Shown here piece after piece: positions 15,001 to 30,000 of a DNA stretch of 64,000 bases. Below the pieces are notes generated by a model, which worked only from the letters and a program-made list of their open reading frames with translations, made no database searches and was not told the DNA's origin. The first letter of the stretch is position 1. Each line of letters opens with the position of its first letter. The position numbers and the translations under genes are program-made. The stretch covers positions 17,001 through 81,000 of the forward strand of contig NW_027437465.1 in NCBI RefSeq assembly GCF_964204645.1, given 5' to 3'. The stretch is from Tubulanus polymorphus. Lineage: Eukaryota > Animalia > Nemertea.

Positions 15001-18000
15001 ACGTCGTTCAGCGCGAGAAAAGCAGTTTTCTCATCAAATTCTCCCCGTATCGGAAAAACGAAAATGTCGATGCGCGAAAGCGCTCAAATCGACGGGAAAA
15101 GCACATTTCGACCCGAAAACGTCGTTCAGCGCGAGAAAAGACTTTTTCTCATCAAATTCTCCCCGTATCGGAAAAACGAAAATTTCGATGCGCGAAAGCG
15201 CTCAAATCGACGGGAAAAGCACATTTCGACCCGAAAACGTCGTTCAGCGCGAGAAAAGCAGTCTTCTCATCAAATTCTCCCAGTATCGGAAAAAATGAAA
15301 ATGTCGATGCGCCAGAAAAGCGCTCAAATCGACGGGACAAGCACATTTCGACCCGTAAAACGTCGTTCAGCGCGAGAAAAAAATTTTTCTCATCAAATTC
15401 TCCCCGTATTGGAAAAACGAAAATGTCGATGCGCGAAAGCGCTCAAATCGACGGGAAAAGCACATTTCGACCCGAAAACGTCGTTCAGTGCGAGAAAAGA
15501 CGTTTTCTCATCAAATTCTCACTTTATCGGAAAAATGAAAATGTCGATGCGCGAAAGCGCTCAAATCGACGGGAAAAGCACATTTCGCCCCGAAAACGTC
15601 GTTCAGCGCGAGAAAAGACCTTTTCTCATCAAATTCTCCCCGTATCGGAAAAACGAAAATGTCGATGCGCGAAAGCGCTCAAATCGACGGGAAAGGCACT
15701 TTTCGACCCGAAAACGTCGTTCAGCGCGAGAAAAGCAGTTTTCTCATCAAATTCTCCCCGTATCGGAAAAACGAAAATGTCGATGCGCGAAAGCGCTCAA
15801 ATCGACGGGAAAAGCACATTTCGACCCGAAAACGTTGTTCAGCGCGAGAAAAGCAGTCTTCTCATCAAATTCTCCCAGTATCGGAAAAATGAAAATGTCG
15901 ATGCGCCAGAAAAGCGCTCAAATCGACAGCAAAAGCACATTTCGACCCGTAAAACGTCGTTCAGCGCGAGAAAAAAATTTTTCTCATCAAATTCTCCCCG
16001 TATTGGAAAAACGAAAATGTCGATGCGCGAAAGCGCTCAAATCGACGGGAAAAGCACATTTCGACCCGAAAACGTCGTTCAGCGCGAGAAAAGACGTTTT
16101 CTCATCAAATTCTCACTTTATCGGAAAAATGAAAATGTCGATGCGCGAAAGCGCTCAAATCGACGGGAAAAGCACATTTCGCCCCGAAAACGTCGTTCAG
16201 CGCGAGAAAAGACGTTTTCTCATCAAATTCTCACCATATCGGAAAAATGAAAATGTCGATGCGCCAAAAAAGCGCTCAAATCGACGGGAAAAGCACTTTT
16301 CGACCCGAAAACGTCGTTCAGCGCGAGAAAAGCAGTTTTCTCATCAAATTCTCCCCGTATCGGAAAAACGAAAATGTCGATGCGCGAAAGCGCTCAAATC
16401 GACGGGAAAAGCACATTTCGACCCGAAAACGTCGTTCAGCGCGAGAAAAGACTTTTTCTCATCAAATTCTCCCCGTATCGGAAAAACGAAAATGTCGATG
16501 CGCGAAAGCGCTCAAATCGACGGGAAAAGCACATTTCGACCCGAAAACGTCGTTCAGCGCGAGAAAAGCTGTCTTCTCATCAAATTCTCCCAGTATCGGA
16601 AAAATGAAAATGTCGATGCGCCAGAAAAGCGCTCAAATCGACGGGAAAAGCACATTTCGACCCGTAAAACGTCGTTCAGCGCGAGAAAAAAATTTTTCTC
16701 ATCAAATTCTCCCCGTATTGGAAAAACGAAAATGTCGATGCGCGAAAGCGCTCAAATCGACGGGAAAAGCACATTTCGACCCGAAAACGTCGTTCAGCGC
16801 GAGAAAAGCAGTTTTCTCATCAAATTCTCCCCGTATCGGAAAAACGAAAATGTCGATGCGCGAAAGCGCTCAAATCGACGGGAAAAGCACATTTCGACCC
16901 GAAAACGTCGTTCAGCGCGAGAAAAGCAGTCTTCTCATCAAATTCTCCCAGTATCGGAAAAATGAAAATGTCGATGCGCCAGAAAAGCGCTCAAATCGAC
17001 AGCAAAAGCACATTTCGACCCGTAAAACGTCGTTCAGCGCGAGAAAAAAATTTTTCTCATCAAATTCTCCCCGTATTGGAAAAACGAAAATGTCGATGCG
17101 CGAAAGCGCTCAAATCGACGGGAAAAGCACATTTCGACCCGAAAACGTCGTTCAGCGCGAGAAAAGACGTTTTCTCATCAAATTCTCACTTTATCGGAAA
17201 AATGAAAATGTCGATGCGCGAAAGCGCTCAAATCGACGGGAAAAGCACATTTCGCCCCGAAAACGTCGTTCAGCGCGAGAAAAGACCTTTTCTCATCAAA
17301 TTCTCCCCGTATCGGAAAAACGAAAATGTCGATGCGCGAAAGCGCTCAAATCGACGGGAAAAGCACTTTTCGACCCGAAAACGTCGTTCAGCGCGAGAAA
17401 AGCAGTTTTCTCATCAAATTCTCCCCGTATCGGAAAAACGAAAATGTCGATGCGCGAAAGCGCTCAAATCGACGGGAAAAGCACATTTCGACCCGAAAAC
17501 GTCGTTCAGCGCGAGAAAAGACTTTTTCTCATCAAATTCTCCCCGTATCGGAAAAACGAAAATGTCGATGCGCGAAAGCGCTCAAATCGACGGGAAAAGC
17601 ACATTTCGACCCGAAAACGTCGTTCAGCGCGAGAAAAGCAGTCTTCTCATCAAATTCTCTTAGTATCGGAAAAATGAAAATGTCGATGCGCCAGAAAAGC
17701 GCTCAAATCGACGGGAAAAGCACATTTCGACCCGTAAAACGTCGTTCAGCGCGAGAAAAAAAATTTTCTCATCAAATTCTCCCCGTATCGGAAAAACGAA
17801 AATGTCGATGCGCGAAAGCGCTCAAATCGACGGGAAAAGCACATTTCGACCCGAAAACGTCGTTCAGCGCGAGTTAAGCAGTTTTCTCATCAAATTCTCC
17901 CCGTATCGGAAAAATGAAAATGTAGACGCGCCAAAAAAGCGCCCAAATCGACGGGAAAAGCACATTTCGACCCGAAAACGTCGTTCAGCGCGAGAAAAGA

Positions 18001-21000
18001 CGTTTTCTCATCAAATTCTCCCAGTATCGGAAAAATGAAAATGTCTTTGCGCCAGAAAAGCGCTCAAATCGACGGGAAAAGCACATTTCGACCCGAAAAC
18101 GTCGTTCAGCGCGAGAAAAGACGTTTGCTCATCAAATTCTCCCCGTATCCGAAAAATGAAAATGTCGATGCGCGAAAGCGCTCAAATCGACGGGAGAAGC
18201 ACATTTCGACCCGAAAACGTCGTTCAGCGCGAGAAAAGACGTTTTCTCATCAAATTCTCACCATATCGGAAAAATGAAAATGTCGATGCGCCAAAAAAGC
18301 GCTCAAATCGACGGGAAAAGCACTTTTCGACCCGAAAACGTCGTTCAGCGCGAGAAAAGCAGTTTTCTCATCAAATTCTCCCCGTATCGGAAAAACGAAA
18401 ATGTCGATGCGCGAAAGCGCTCAAATCGACGGGAAAAGCACATTTCGACCCGAAAACGTCGTTCAGCGCGAGAAAAGACTTTTTCTCATCAAATTCTCCC
18501 CGTATCGGAAAAACGAAAATGTCGATGCGCGAAAGCGCTCAAATCGACGGGAAAAGCACATTTCGACCCGAAAACGTCGTTCAGCGCGAGAAAAGCAATC
18601 TTCTCATCAAATTCTCCCAGTATCGGAAAAATGAAAATGTCGATGCGCCAGAAAAGCGCTCAAATCGACGGGAAAAGCACATTTCGACCCGTAAAACGTC
18701 GTTCAGCGCGAGAAAAAAAATTTTCTCATCAAATTCTCCCCGTATCGGAAAAACGAAAATGTCGATGCGCGAAAGCGCTCAAATCGACGGGAAAAGCACA
18801 TTTCGACCCGAAAACGTCGTTCAGCGCGAGAAAAGACTTTTTCTCATCAAATTCTCCCCGTATCGGAAAAACGAAAATGTCGATGCGCGAAAGCGCTCAA
18901 ATCGACGGGAAAAGCACATTTCGACCCGAAAACGTCGTTCAGCGCGAGAAAAGCAGTCTTCTCATCAAATTCTCCCAGTATCGGAAAAATGAAAATGTCG
19001 ATGCGCCAGAAAAGCGCTCAAATCGACAGCAAAAGCACATTTCGACCCGTAAAACGTCGTTCAGCGCGAGAAAAGACGTTTTCTCATCAAATTCTCACCA
19101 TATCGGAAAAATGAAAATGTCGATGCGCCGAAAAGCGCTCAAATCGACGGGAAAAGCACTTTTCGACCCGAAAACGTCGTTCAGCGCGAGAAAAGCAGTC
19201 TTCTCATCAAATTCTCACAGTATCGGAAAAATGAAAATGTCGATGCGCCAGAAAAGCGCTCAAATCGACAGCAAAAGCACATTTCGACCCGTAAAACGTC
19301 GTTCAGCGCGAGAAAAAAATTTTTCTCATCAAATTCTCACCGTATCCGAAAAATGAAAATGTCGATGCGCGAAAGCGCTCAAATCGACGGGAGAAGCACA
19401 TTCGACCCGAAAACGTCGTTCAGCGCGAGAAAAGACGTTTTCTCATCAAATTCTCACCATATCGGAAAAATGAAAATGTCGATGCGCCAAAAAAGCGCTC
19501 AAATCGACGGGAAAAGCACTTTTCGACCCGAAAACGTCGTTCAGCGCGAGAAAAGCAGTTTTCTCATCAAATTCTCCCGTATCGGAAAAACGAAAATGTC
19601 GATGCGCGAAAGCGCTCAAATCGACGGGAAAAGCACATTTCGACCCGAAAACGTCGTTCAGCGCGAGAAAAGACTTTTTCTCATCAAATTCTCCCCGTAT
19701 CGGAAAAACGAAAATGTCGATGCGCGAAAGCGCTCAAATCGACGGGAAAAGCACATTTCGACCCGAAAACGTCGTTCAGCGCGAGAAAAGCAGTCTTCTC
19801 ATCAAATTCTCCCAGTATCGGAAAAATGAAAATGTCGATGCGCCAGAAAAGCGCTCAAATCGACGGGAAAAGCACATTTCGACCCGTTAAAACGTCGTTC
19901 AGCGCGAGAAAAAAATTTTTCTCATCAAATTCTCCCCGTATTGGAAAAACGAAAATGTCGATGCGCGAAAGCGCTCAAATCGACGGGAAAAGCACATTTC
20001 GACCCGAAAACGTCGTTCAGCGCGAGAAAAGACGTTTTCTCATCAAATTCTCACTTTATCGGAAAAATGAAAATGTCGATGCGCGAAAGCGCTCAAATCG
20101 ACGGGAAAAGCACATTTCGCCCCGAAAACGTCGTTCAGCGCGAGAAAAGACCTTTTCTCATCAAATTCTACCCGTATCGGAAAAACGAAAATGTCGATGC
20201 GCGAAAGCGCTCAAATCGACGGGAAAAGCACTTTTCGACCCGAAAACGTCGTTCAGCGCGAGAAAAGCAGTTTTCTCATCAAATTCTCCCCGTATCGGAA
20301 AAACGAAAATGTCGATGCGCGAAAGCGCTCAAATCGACGGGAAAAGCACATTTCGACCCGAAAACGTCGTTCAGCGCGAGAAAAGACTTTTTCTCATCAA
20401 ATTCTCCCCGTATCGGAAAAACGAAAATTTCGATGCGCGAAAGCGCTCAAATCGACGGGAAAAGCACATTTCGACCCGAAAACGTCGTTCAGCGCGAGAA
20501 AAGCAGTCTTCTCATCAAATTCTCCCAGTATCGGAAAAAATGAAAATGTCGATGCGCCAGAAAAGCGCTCAAATCGACGGGACAAGCACATTTCGACCCG
20601 TAAAACGTCGTTCAGCGCGAGAAAAAAATTTTTCTCATCAAATTCTCCCCGTATTGGAAAAACGAAAATGTCGATGCGCGAAAGCGCTCAAATCGACGGG
20701 AAAAGCACATTTCGACCCGAAAACGTCGTTCAGTGCGAGAAAAGACGTTTTCTCATCAAATTCTCACTTTATCGGAAAAATGAAAATGTCGATGCGCGAA
20801 AGCGCTCAAATCGACGGGAAAAGCACATTTCGCCCCGAAAACGTCGTTCAGCGCGAGAAAAGACCTTTTCTCATCAAATTCTCCCCGTATCGGAAAAACG
20901 AAAATGTCGATGCGCGAAAGCGCTCAAATCGACGGGAAAGGCACTTTTCGACCCGAAAACGTCGTTCAGCGCGAGAAAAGCAGTTTTCTCATCAAATTCT

Positions 21001-24000
21001 CCCCGTATCGGAAAAACGAAAATGTCGATGCGCGAAAGCGCTCAAATCGACGGGAAAAGCACATTTCGACCCGAAAACGTTGTTCAGCGCGAGAAAAGCA
21101 GTCTTCTCATCAAATTCTCCCAGTATCGGAAAAATGAAAATGTCGATGCGCCAGAAAAGCGCTCAAATCGACAGCAAAAGCACATTTCGACCCGTAAAAC
21201 GTCGTTCAGCGCGAGAAAAAAATTTTTCTCATCAAATTCTCCCCGTATTGGAAAAACGAAAATGTCGATGCGCGAAAGCGCTCAAATCGACGGGAAAAGC
21301 ACATTTCGACCCGAAAACGTCGTTCAGCGCGAGAAAAGACGTTTTCTCATCAAATTCTCACTTTATCGGAAAAATGAAAATGTCGATGCGCGAAAGCGCT
21401 CAAATCGACGGGAAAAGCACATTTCGCCCCGAAAACGTCGTTCAGCGCGAGAAAAGACGTTTTCTCATCAAATTCTCACCATATCGGAAAAATGAAAATG
21501 TCGATGCGCCAAAAAAGCGCTCAAATCGACGGGAAAAGCACTTTTCGACCCGAAAACGTCGTTCAGCGCGAGAAAAGCAGTTTTCTCATCAAATTCTCCC
21601 CGTATCGGAAAAACGAAAATGTCGATGCGCGAAAGCGCTCAAATCGACGGGAAAAGCACATTTCGACCCGAAAACGTCGTTCAGCGCGAGAAAAGACTTT
21701 TTCTCATCAAATTCTCCCCGTATCGGAAAAACGAAAATGTCGATGCGCGAAAGCGCTCAAATCGACGGGAAAAGCACATTTCGACCCGAAAACGTCGTTC
21801 AGCGCGAGAAAAGCTGTCTTCTCATCAAATTCTCCCAGTATCGGAAAAATGAAAATGTCGATGCGCCAGAAAAGCGCTCAAATCGACGGGAAAAGCACAT
21901 TTCGACCCGTAAAACGTCGTTCAGCGCGAGAAAAAAATTTTTCTCATCAAATTCTCCCCGTATTGGAAAAACGAAAATGTCGATGCGCGAAAGCGCTCAA
22001 ATCGACGGGAAAAGCACATTTCGACCCGAAAACGTCGTTCAGCGCGAGAAAAGCAGTTTTCTCATCAAATTCTCCCCGTATCGGAAAAACGAAAATGTCG
22101 ATGCGCGAAAGCGCTCAAATCGACGGGAAAAGCACATTTCGACCCGAAAACGTCGTTCAGCGCGAGAAAAGCAGTCTTCTCATCAAATTCTCCCAGTATC
22201 GGAAAAATGAAAATGTCGATGCGCCAGAAAAGCGCTCAAATCGACAGCAAAAGCACATTTCGACCCGTAAAACGTCGTTCAGCGCGAGAAAAAAATTTTT
22301 CTCATCAAATTCTCCCCGTATTGGAAAAACGAAAATGTCGATGCGCGAAAGCGCTCAAATCGACGGGAAAAGCACATTTCGACCCGAAAACGTCGTTCAG
22401 CGCGAGAAAAGACGTTTTCTCATCAAATTCTCACTTTATCGGAAAAATGAAAATGTCGATGCGCGAAAGCGCTCAAATCGACGGGAAAAGCACATTTCGC
22501 CCCGAAAACGTCGTTCAGCGCGAGAAAAGACCTTTTCTCATCAAATTCTCCCCGTATCGGAAAAACGAAAATGTCGATGCGCGAAAGCGCTCAAATCGAC
22601 GGGAAAAGCACTTTTCGACCCGAAAACGTCGTTCAGCGCGAGAAAAGCAGTTTTCTCATCAAATTCTCCCCGTATCGGAAAAACGAAAATGTCGATGCGC
22701 GAAAGCGCTCAAATCGACGGGAAAAGCACATTTCGACCCGAAAACGTCGTTCAGCGCGAGAAAAGACTTTTTCTCATCAAATTCTCCCCGTATCGGAAAA
22801 ACGAAAATGTCGATGCGCGAAAGCGCTCAAATCGACGGGAAAAGCACATTTCGACCCGAAAACGTCGTTCAGCGCGAGAAAAGCAGTCTTCTCATCAAAT
22901 TCTCTTAGTATCGGAAAAATGAAAATGTCGATGCGCCAGAAAAGCGCTCAAATCGACGGGAAAAGCACATTTCGACCCGTAAAACGTCGTTCAGCGCGAG
23001 AAAAAAAATTTTCTCATCAAATTCTCCCCGTATCGGAAAAACGAAAATGTCGATGCGCGAAAGCGCTCAAATCGACGGGAAAAGCACATTTCGACCCGAA
23101 AACGTCGTTCAGCGCGAGTTAAGCAGTTTTCTCATCAAATTCTCCCCGTATCGGAAAAATGAAAATGTAGATGCGCCAAAAAAGCGCCCAAATCGACGGG
23201 AAAAGCACATTTCGACCCGAAAACGTCGTTCAGCGCGAGAAAAGACGTTTTCTCATCAAATTCTCCCAGTATCGGAAAAATGAAAATGTCTTTGCGCCAG
23301 AAAAGCGCTCAAATCGACGGGAAAAGCACATTTCGACCCGAAAACGTCGTTCAGCGCGAGAAAAGACGTTTGCTCATCAAATTCTCCCCGTATCCGAAAA
23401 ATGAAAATGTCGATGCGCGAAAGCGCTCAAATCGACGGGAGAAGCACATTTCGACCCGAAAACGTCGTTCAGCGCGAGAAAAGACGTTTTCTCATCAAAT
23501 TCTCACCATATCGGAAAAATGAAAATGTCGATGCGCCAAAAAAGCGCTCAAATCGACGGGAAAAGCACTTTTCGACCCGAAAACGTCGTTCAGCGCGAGA
23601 AAAGCAGTTTTCTCATCAAATTCTCCCCGTATCGGAAAAACGAAAATGTCGATGCGCGAAAGCGCTCAAATCGACGGGAAAAGCACATTTCGACCCGAAA
23701 ACGTCGTTCAGCGCGAGAAAAGACTTTTTCTCATCAAATTCTCCCCGTATCGGAAAAACGAAAATGTCGATGCGCGAAAGCGCTCAAATCGACGGGAAAA
23801 GCACATTTCGACCCGAAAACGTCGTTCAGCGCGAGAAAAGCAATCTTCTCATCAAATTCTCCCAGTATCGGAAAAATGAAAATGTCGATGCGCCAGAAAA
23901 GCGCTCAAATCGACGGGAAAAGCACATTTCGACCCGTAAAACGTCGTTCAGCGCGAGAAAAAAAATTTTCTCATCAAATTCTCCCCGTATCGGAAAAACG

Positions 24001-27000
24001 AAAATGTCGATGCGCGAAAGCGCTCAAATCGACGGGAAAAGCACATTTCGACCCGAAAACGTCGTTCAGCGCGAGTTAAGCAGTTTTCTCATCAAATTCT
24101 CCCCGTATCGGAAAAATGAAAATGTCGATGCGCCAAAAAAGCGCCCAAATCGACGGGAAAAGCACATTTCGACCCGAAAACGTCGTTCAGCGCGAGAAAA
24201 GACGTTTTCTCATCAAATTCTCCCAGTATCGGAAAAATGAAAATGTCTTTGCGCCAGAAAAGCGCTCAAATCGACGGGAAAAGCACATTTCGACCCGAAA
24301 ACGTCGTTCAGCGCGAGAAAAGACGTTTGCTCATCAAATTCTCCCCGTATCGGAAAAACGAAAATGTCGATGCGCGAAAGCGCTCAAATCGACGGGAAAA
24401 GCACATTTCGACCCGAAAACGTCGTTCAGCGCGAGAAAAGACTTTTTCTCATCAAATTCTCCCCGTATCGGAAAAACGAAAATGTCGATGCGCGAAAGCG
24501 CTCAAATCGACGGGAAAAGCACATTTCGACCCGAAAACGTCGTTCAGCGCGAGAAAAGCAGTCTTCTCATCAAATTCTCCCAGTATCGGAAAAATGAAAA
24601 TGTCGATGCGCCAGAAAAGCGCTCAAATCGACAGCAAAAGCACATTTCGACCCGTAAAACGTCGTTCAGCGCGAGAAAAAAATTTTTCTCATCAAATTCT
24701 CCCCGTATCCGAAAAATGAAAATGTCGATGCGCGAAAGCGCTCAAATCGACGGGAGAAGCACATTTCGACCCGAAAACGTCGTTCAGCGCGAGAAAAGAC
24801 GTTTTCTCATCAAATTCTCACCATATCGGAAAAATGAAAATGTCGATGCGCCAAAAAAGCGCTCAAATCGACGGGAAAAGCACTTTTCGACCCGAAAACG
24901 TCGTTCAGCGCGAGAAAAGCAGTCTTCTCATCAAATTCTCCCAGTATCGGAAAAATGAAAATGTCGATGCGCCAGAAAAGCGCTCAAATCGACAGCAAAA
25001 GCACATTTCGACCCGTAAAACGTCGTTCAGCGCGAGAAAAAAATTTTTCTCATCAAATTCTCCCCGTATTGGAAAAACGAAAATGTCGATGCGCGAAAGC
25101 GCTCAAATCGACGGGAAAAGCACATTTCGACCCGAAAACGTCGTTCAGCGCGAGAAAAGACGTTTTCTCATCAAATTCTCACTTTATCGGAAAAATAAAA
25201 ATGTCGATGCGCGAAAGCGCTCAAATCGACGGGAAAAGCACATTTCGCCCCGAAAACGTCATTCAGCGCGAGAAAAGACCTTTTCTCATCAAATTCTCCC
25301 CGTATCGGAAAAACGAAAATGTCGATGCGCGAAAGCGCTCAAATCGACGGGAAAAGCACATTTCGACCCGAAAACGTCGTTCAGCGCGAGAAAAGACGTT
25401 TTCTCATCAAATTCTCACCATATCGGAAAAATGAAAATGTCGATGCGCCAAAAAAGCGCTCAAATCGACGGGAAAAGCACTTTTCGACCCGAAAACGTCG
25501 TTCAGCGCGAGAAAAGCAGTTTTCTCATCAAATTCTCCCCGTATCGGAAAAACGAAAATGTCGATGCGTGAAAGCGCTCAAATCGACGGGAAAAGCACAT
25601 TTCGACCCGAAAACGTCGTTCAGCGCGAGAAAAGACTTTTTCTCAACAAATTCTCCCCGTATCGGAAAAACGAAAATGTCGATGCGCGAAAGCGCTCAAA
25701 TCGACGGGAAAAGCACATTTCGACCCGAAAACGTCGCTCAGCGCGAGAAAAGCAGTCTTCTCATCAAATTCTCCCAGTATCGGAAAAATGAAAATGTCGA
25801 TGCGCCAGAAAAGCGCTCAAATCGACGGGAAAAGCACATTTCGACCCGTAAAACGTCGTTCAGCGCGAGAAAAAAATTTTTCTCATCAAATTCTCCCCGT
25901 ATTGGAAAAACGAAAATGTCGATGCGCGAAAGCGCTCAAATCGACGGGAAAAGCACTTTTCGACCCGAAAACGTCGTTCAGCGCGAGAAAAGACGTTTTC
26001 TCATCAAATTCTCACTTTATCGGAAAAATGAAAATGTCGATGCGCGAAAGCGCTCAAATCGACGGGAAAAGCACATTTCGCCCCGAAAACGTCGTTCAGC
26101 GCGAGAAAAGACGTTTTCTCATCAAATTCTCCCCGTATCGGAAAAACGAAAATGTCGATGCGCGAAAGCGCTCAAATCGACGGGAAAAGCACATTTCGAC
26201 CCGAAAACGTCGTTCAGCGCGAGAAAAGTCGTTTGCTCATCAAATTCTCCCCGTATCGGAAAAACGAAAATGTCGATGCGCGAAAGCGCTCAAATCGACG
26301 GGAAAAGCACATTTCGACCCGAAAACGTCGTTCAGCGCGAGAAAAGCAGTCTTCTCATCAAATTCTCCCAGTATCGGAAAAATGAAAATGTCGATGCGCC
26401 AGAAAAGCGCTCAAATCGACGGGAAAAGCACATTTCGACCCGAAAACGTCGTTCAGCGCGAGAAAATTCGTTTGCTCATCAAATTCTCCCCGTATCGGAA
26501 AAACGAAAATGTCGATGCGCGAAAGCGCTCAAATCGACGGGAAAAGCACATTTCGACCCGAAAACGTCGTTCAGCGCGAGAAAAGACGTTTTCTCATCAA
26601 ATTCTCCCCGTAGCAGAAAAACGAAAATGTTAATGCGCCAGAAAAGCGCTCAAATCGACAGGAAAAGCACATTTCGACCCGAAAACGTCGTTCAGCGCGA
26701 GAAAAGACGTTTTCTCATCAAATTCTCCCCGTATCGGAAAAATGAAAATGTCGATGCGCAAGAAAAGCGCTCAAATCGACGGGAAAAGCACATTTCGACC
26801 CGAAAACGTCGTTCAGCGCGAGAAAAGACGTTTTCTCATCAAATTCTCACTTTATCGGAAAAATGAAAATGTCGATGCGCGAAAGCGCTCAAATCGACGG
26901 GAAAAGCACATTTCGACCCGAAAACATCGTTCAGTGCGAGAAAAGACCTTTTCTCATCAAATTCTCCCCGTATCGGAAAAACGAAAATGTCGATGCGCGA

Positions 27001-30000
27001 AAGCGCTCAAATCGACGGGAAAAGCACTTTTCGACCCGAAAACGACGTTCAGCGCGAGAAAAGCAGTTTTCTCATCAAATTCTCCCCGTATCGGAAAAAC
27101 GAAAATGTCGATGCGCGAAAGCGCTCAAATCGACGGGAAAAGCACATTTTGACCCGAAAACGTCGTTCAGCGCGAGAAAAGACGTTTTCTCATCAAATTC
27201 TCCCCGTATCGGAAAAATGAAAATGTCGATGCGCAAGAAAAGCGCTCAAATCGACGGGAAAAGCATATTTCGACCCGAAAACGACGTTCAGCGCGAGAAA
27301 AGCAGTTTTCTCATCAAATTCTCCCCGTATCGGAAAAACGAAAATGTCGATGCGCGAAAGCGCTCAAATCGACGGGAAAAGCACATTTCGACCCGAAAAC
27401 GTCGTTCAGCGCGAGAAAAGACTTTTTCTCATCAAATTCTCCCCGTATCGGAAAAACGATGTCGACGCGCGAAAGCGATCAAATCGACGGGAAAAGCACA
27501 TTTCGACCCGAAAACGTCGTTCAGCGCGAGAAAAGACTTTTTCTCATCAAATTCTCCCCGTATCGGAAAAACGAAAATGTCGATGCGCAAAAGCGCTCAA
27601 ATCGACAGGAAAAGCTCATTTCGACCCGAAAACATCGTTCAGCGCGAGATAAGCAGTTTTCTCATCAAATTCTCCCCGTATCGGAAAAATGAAAATGTCG
27701 ATGCGCCAGAAAAGCGCTCAAATCGACGGGAAAAGCACATTTCGACCCGAAAACGTCGTTCAGCGCGAGAAAAGTCGTTTGCTCATCAAATTCTCCCCGT
27801 ATCGGAAAAACGAAAATGTCGATGCGCGAAAGCGCTCAAATCGACGGGAAAAGCACATTTCGACCCGAAAACGTCGTTCAGCGCGAGAAAAGACGTTTTC
27901 TCATCAAATTCTCCCCGTATCCGAAAAATGAAAATGTCGATGCGCGAAAGCGCTCAAATCGACGGGAGAAGGACATTTCGACCCGGAAACGTCGTTCAGC
28001 GCGAGAAAAGACGTTTTCTCATCAAATTCTCCCAGTATCGGAAAAATGAAAATGTCGATGCGCCAGAAAAGCGCTCAAATCGACGGGAAAAGCACATTTC
28101 GACCCGTAAAACGTCGTTCAGCGCGAGAAAAGACGTTTTCTCATCAAATTCTCCCCGTATCGGAAAAACGAAAATGTCGATGCGCGAAAGCGCTCAAATC
28201 GACGGGAAAAGCACATTTCGACCCGAAAACGTCGTTCAGCGCGAGATAAGCAGTTTTCTCATCAAATTCTCCCCGTATCGGAAAAATGAAAATGTCGATG
28301 CGCCAAAAAAGCGCCCAAATCGACGGGAAAAGCACATTTCGACCCGAAAACGTCGTTCAGCGCGAGAAAAAGACGTTTTCTCATCAAATTCTCCCAGTAT
28401 CGGAAAATGAAAATGTCGATGCGCCAGAAAAGCGCTCAAATCGACGGGAAAAGCACATTTCGACCCGAAAACGTCGTTCAGCGCGAGAAAAGTCGTTTGC
28501 TCATCAAATTCTCCCCGTATCGGAAAAACGAAAATGTCGATGCGCGAAAGCGCTCAAATCGACGGGAAAAGCACATTTCGACCCGAAAACGTCGTTCAGC
28601 GCGAGAAAAGACGTTTTCTCATCAAATTCTCCCCGTATCCGAAAAATGAAAATGTCGATGCGCGAAAGCGCTCAAATCGACGGGAGAAGGACATTTCGAC
28701 CCGAAAACGTTGTTCAGCGCGAGAAAAGACGTTTTCTCATCAAATTCTCCCCGTAGCAGAAAAACGAAAATGTCAATGCGCCAGAAAAGCGCTCAAATCG
28801 ACAGGAAAAGCACATTTCGACCCGAAAACGTCGTTCAGCGCGAGAAAAGACGTTTTCTCAGCAAATTCTCCCCGTATCGGAAAAATGAAAATGTCGATGC
28901 GCCAGAAAAGCGCTCAAATCGACGGGAAAAGCACACTTCGACCCGTAAAACGTCGTTCAGCGCGAGAAAAGACGTTTTCTCATCAAATTCTCACTTTATC
29001 GGAAAAATGAAAATGTCGATGCGCGAAAGCGCTCAAATCGACGGGAAAAGCCTATTTCGACCCGAAAACATCGTTCAGTGCGAGAAAAGACCTTTTCTCA
29101 TCAAATTCTCCCCGTATCGGAAAAACGAAAATGTCGATGCGCGAAAGCGCTCAAATCGACGGGAAAAGCACATTTCGACCCGAAAACGTCATTCAGCGCG
29201 AGAAAAGACGTTTTCTCATCAAATTCTCCCCGTATCCGAAAAATGAAAATGTCGATGCGCGAAAGCGCTCAAATCGACGGGAGAAGCACATTTCCACCCG
29301 AAAACGTCGTTCAGCGCGAGAAAAGACGTTTTCTCATCAAATTCTCCCCGTATCGGAAAAATGAAAATGTCGATGCAAAACGTCGTTCAGCGCGAGAAAA
29401 GACTTTTTCTCATCAAATTCTCCCCGTATCGGAAAAACGAAAATGTCGATGCGCGAAAGCGCTCAAATCGACGGGAGAAGGACATTTCGACCCGAAAACG
29501 TCGTTCAGCGCGAGAAAAGACGTTTTCTCATCAAATTCTCCCAGTATCGGAAAAATGAAAATGTCGATGCGCCAGAAAAGCGCTCAAATCGACGGGAAAA
29601 GCACATTTCGACCCGTAAAACGTCGTTCAGCGCGAGAAAAGACGTTTTCTCATCAAATTCTCCCCGTATCGGAAAAACGAAAATGTCGATGCGCGAAAGC
29701 GCTCAAATCGACGGGAAAAGCACATTTCGACCCGAAAACGTCGTTCAGCGCGAGATAAGCAGTTTTCTCATCAAATTCTCCCCGTATCGGAAAAATGAAA
29801 ATGTCGATGCGCCAAAAAAGCGCCCAAATCGACGGGAAAAGCACATTTCGACCCGAAAACGTCGTTCAGCGCGAGAAAAAGACGTTTTCTCATCAAATTC
29901 TCCCAGTATCGGAAAAATGAAAATGTCGATGCGCCAGAAAAGCGCTCAAATCGACGGGAAAAGCACATTTCGACCCGAAAACGTCGTTCAGCGCGAGAAA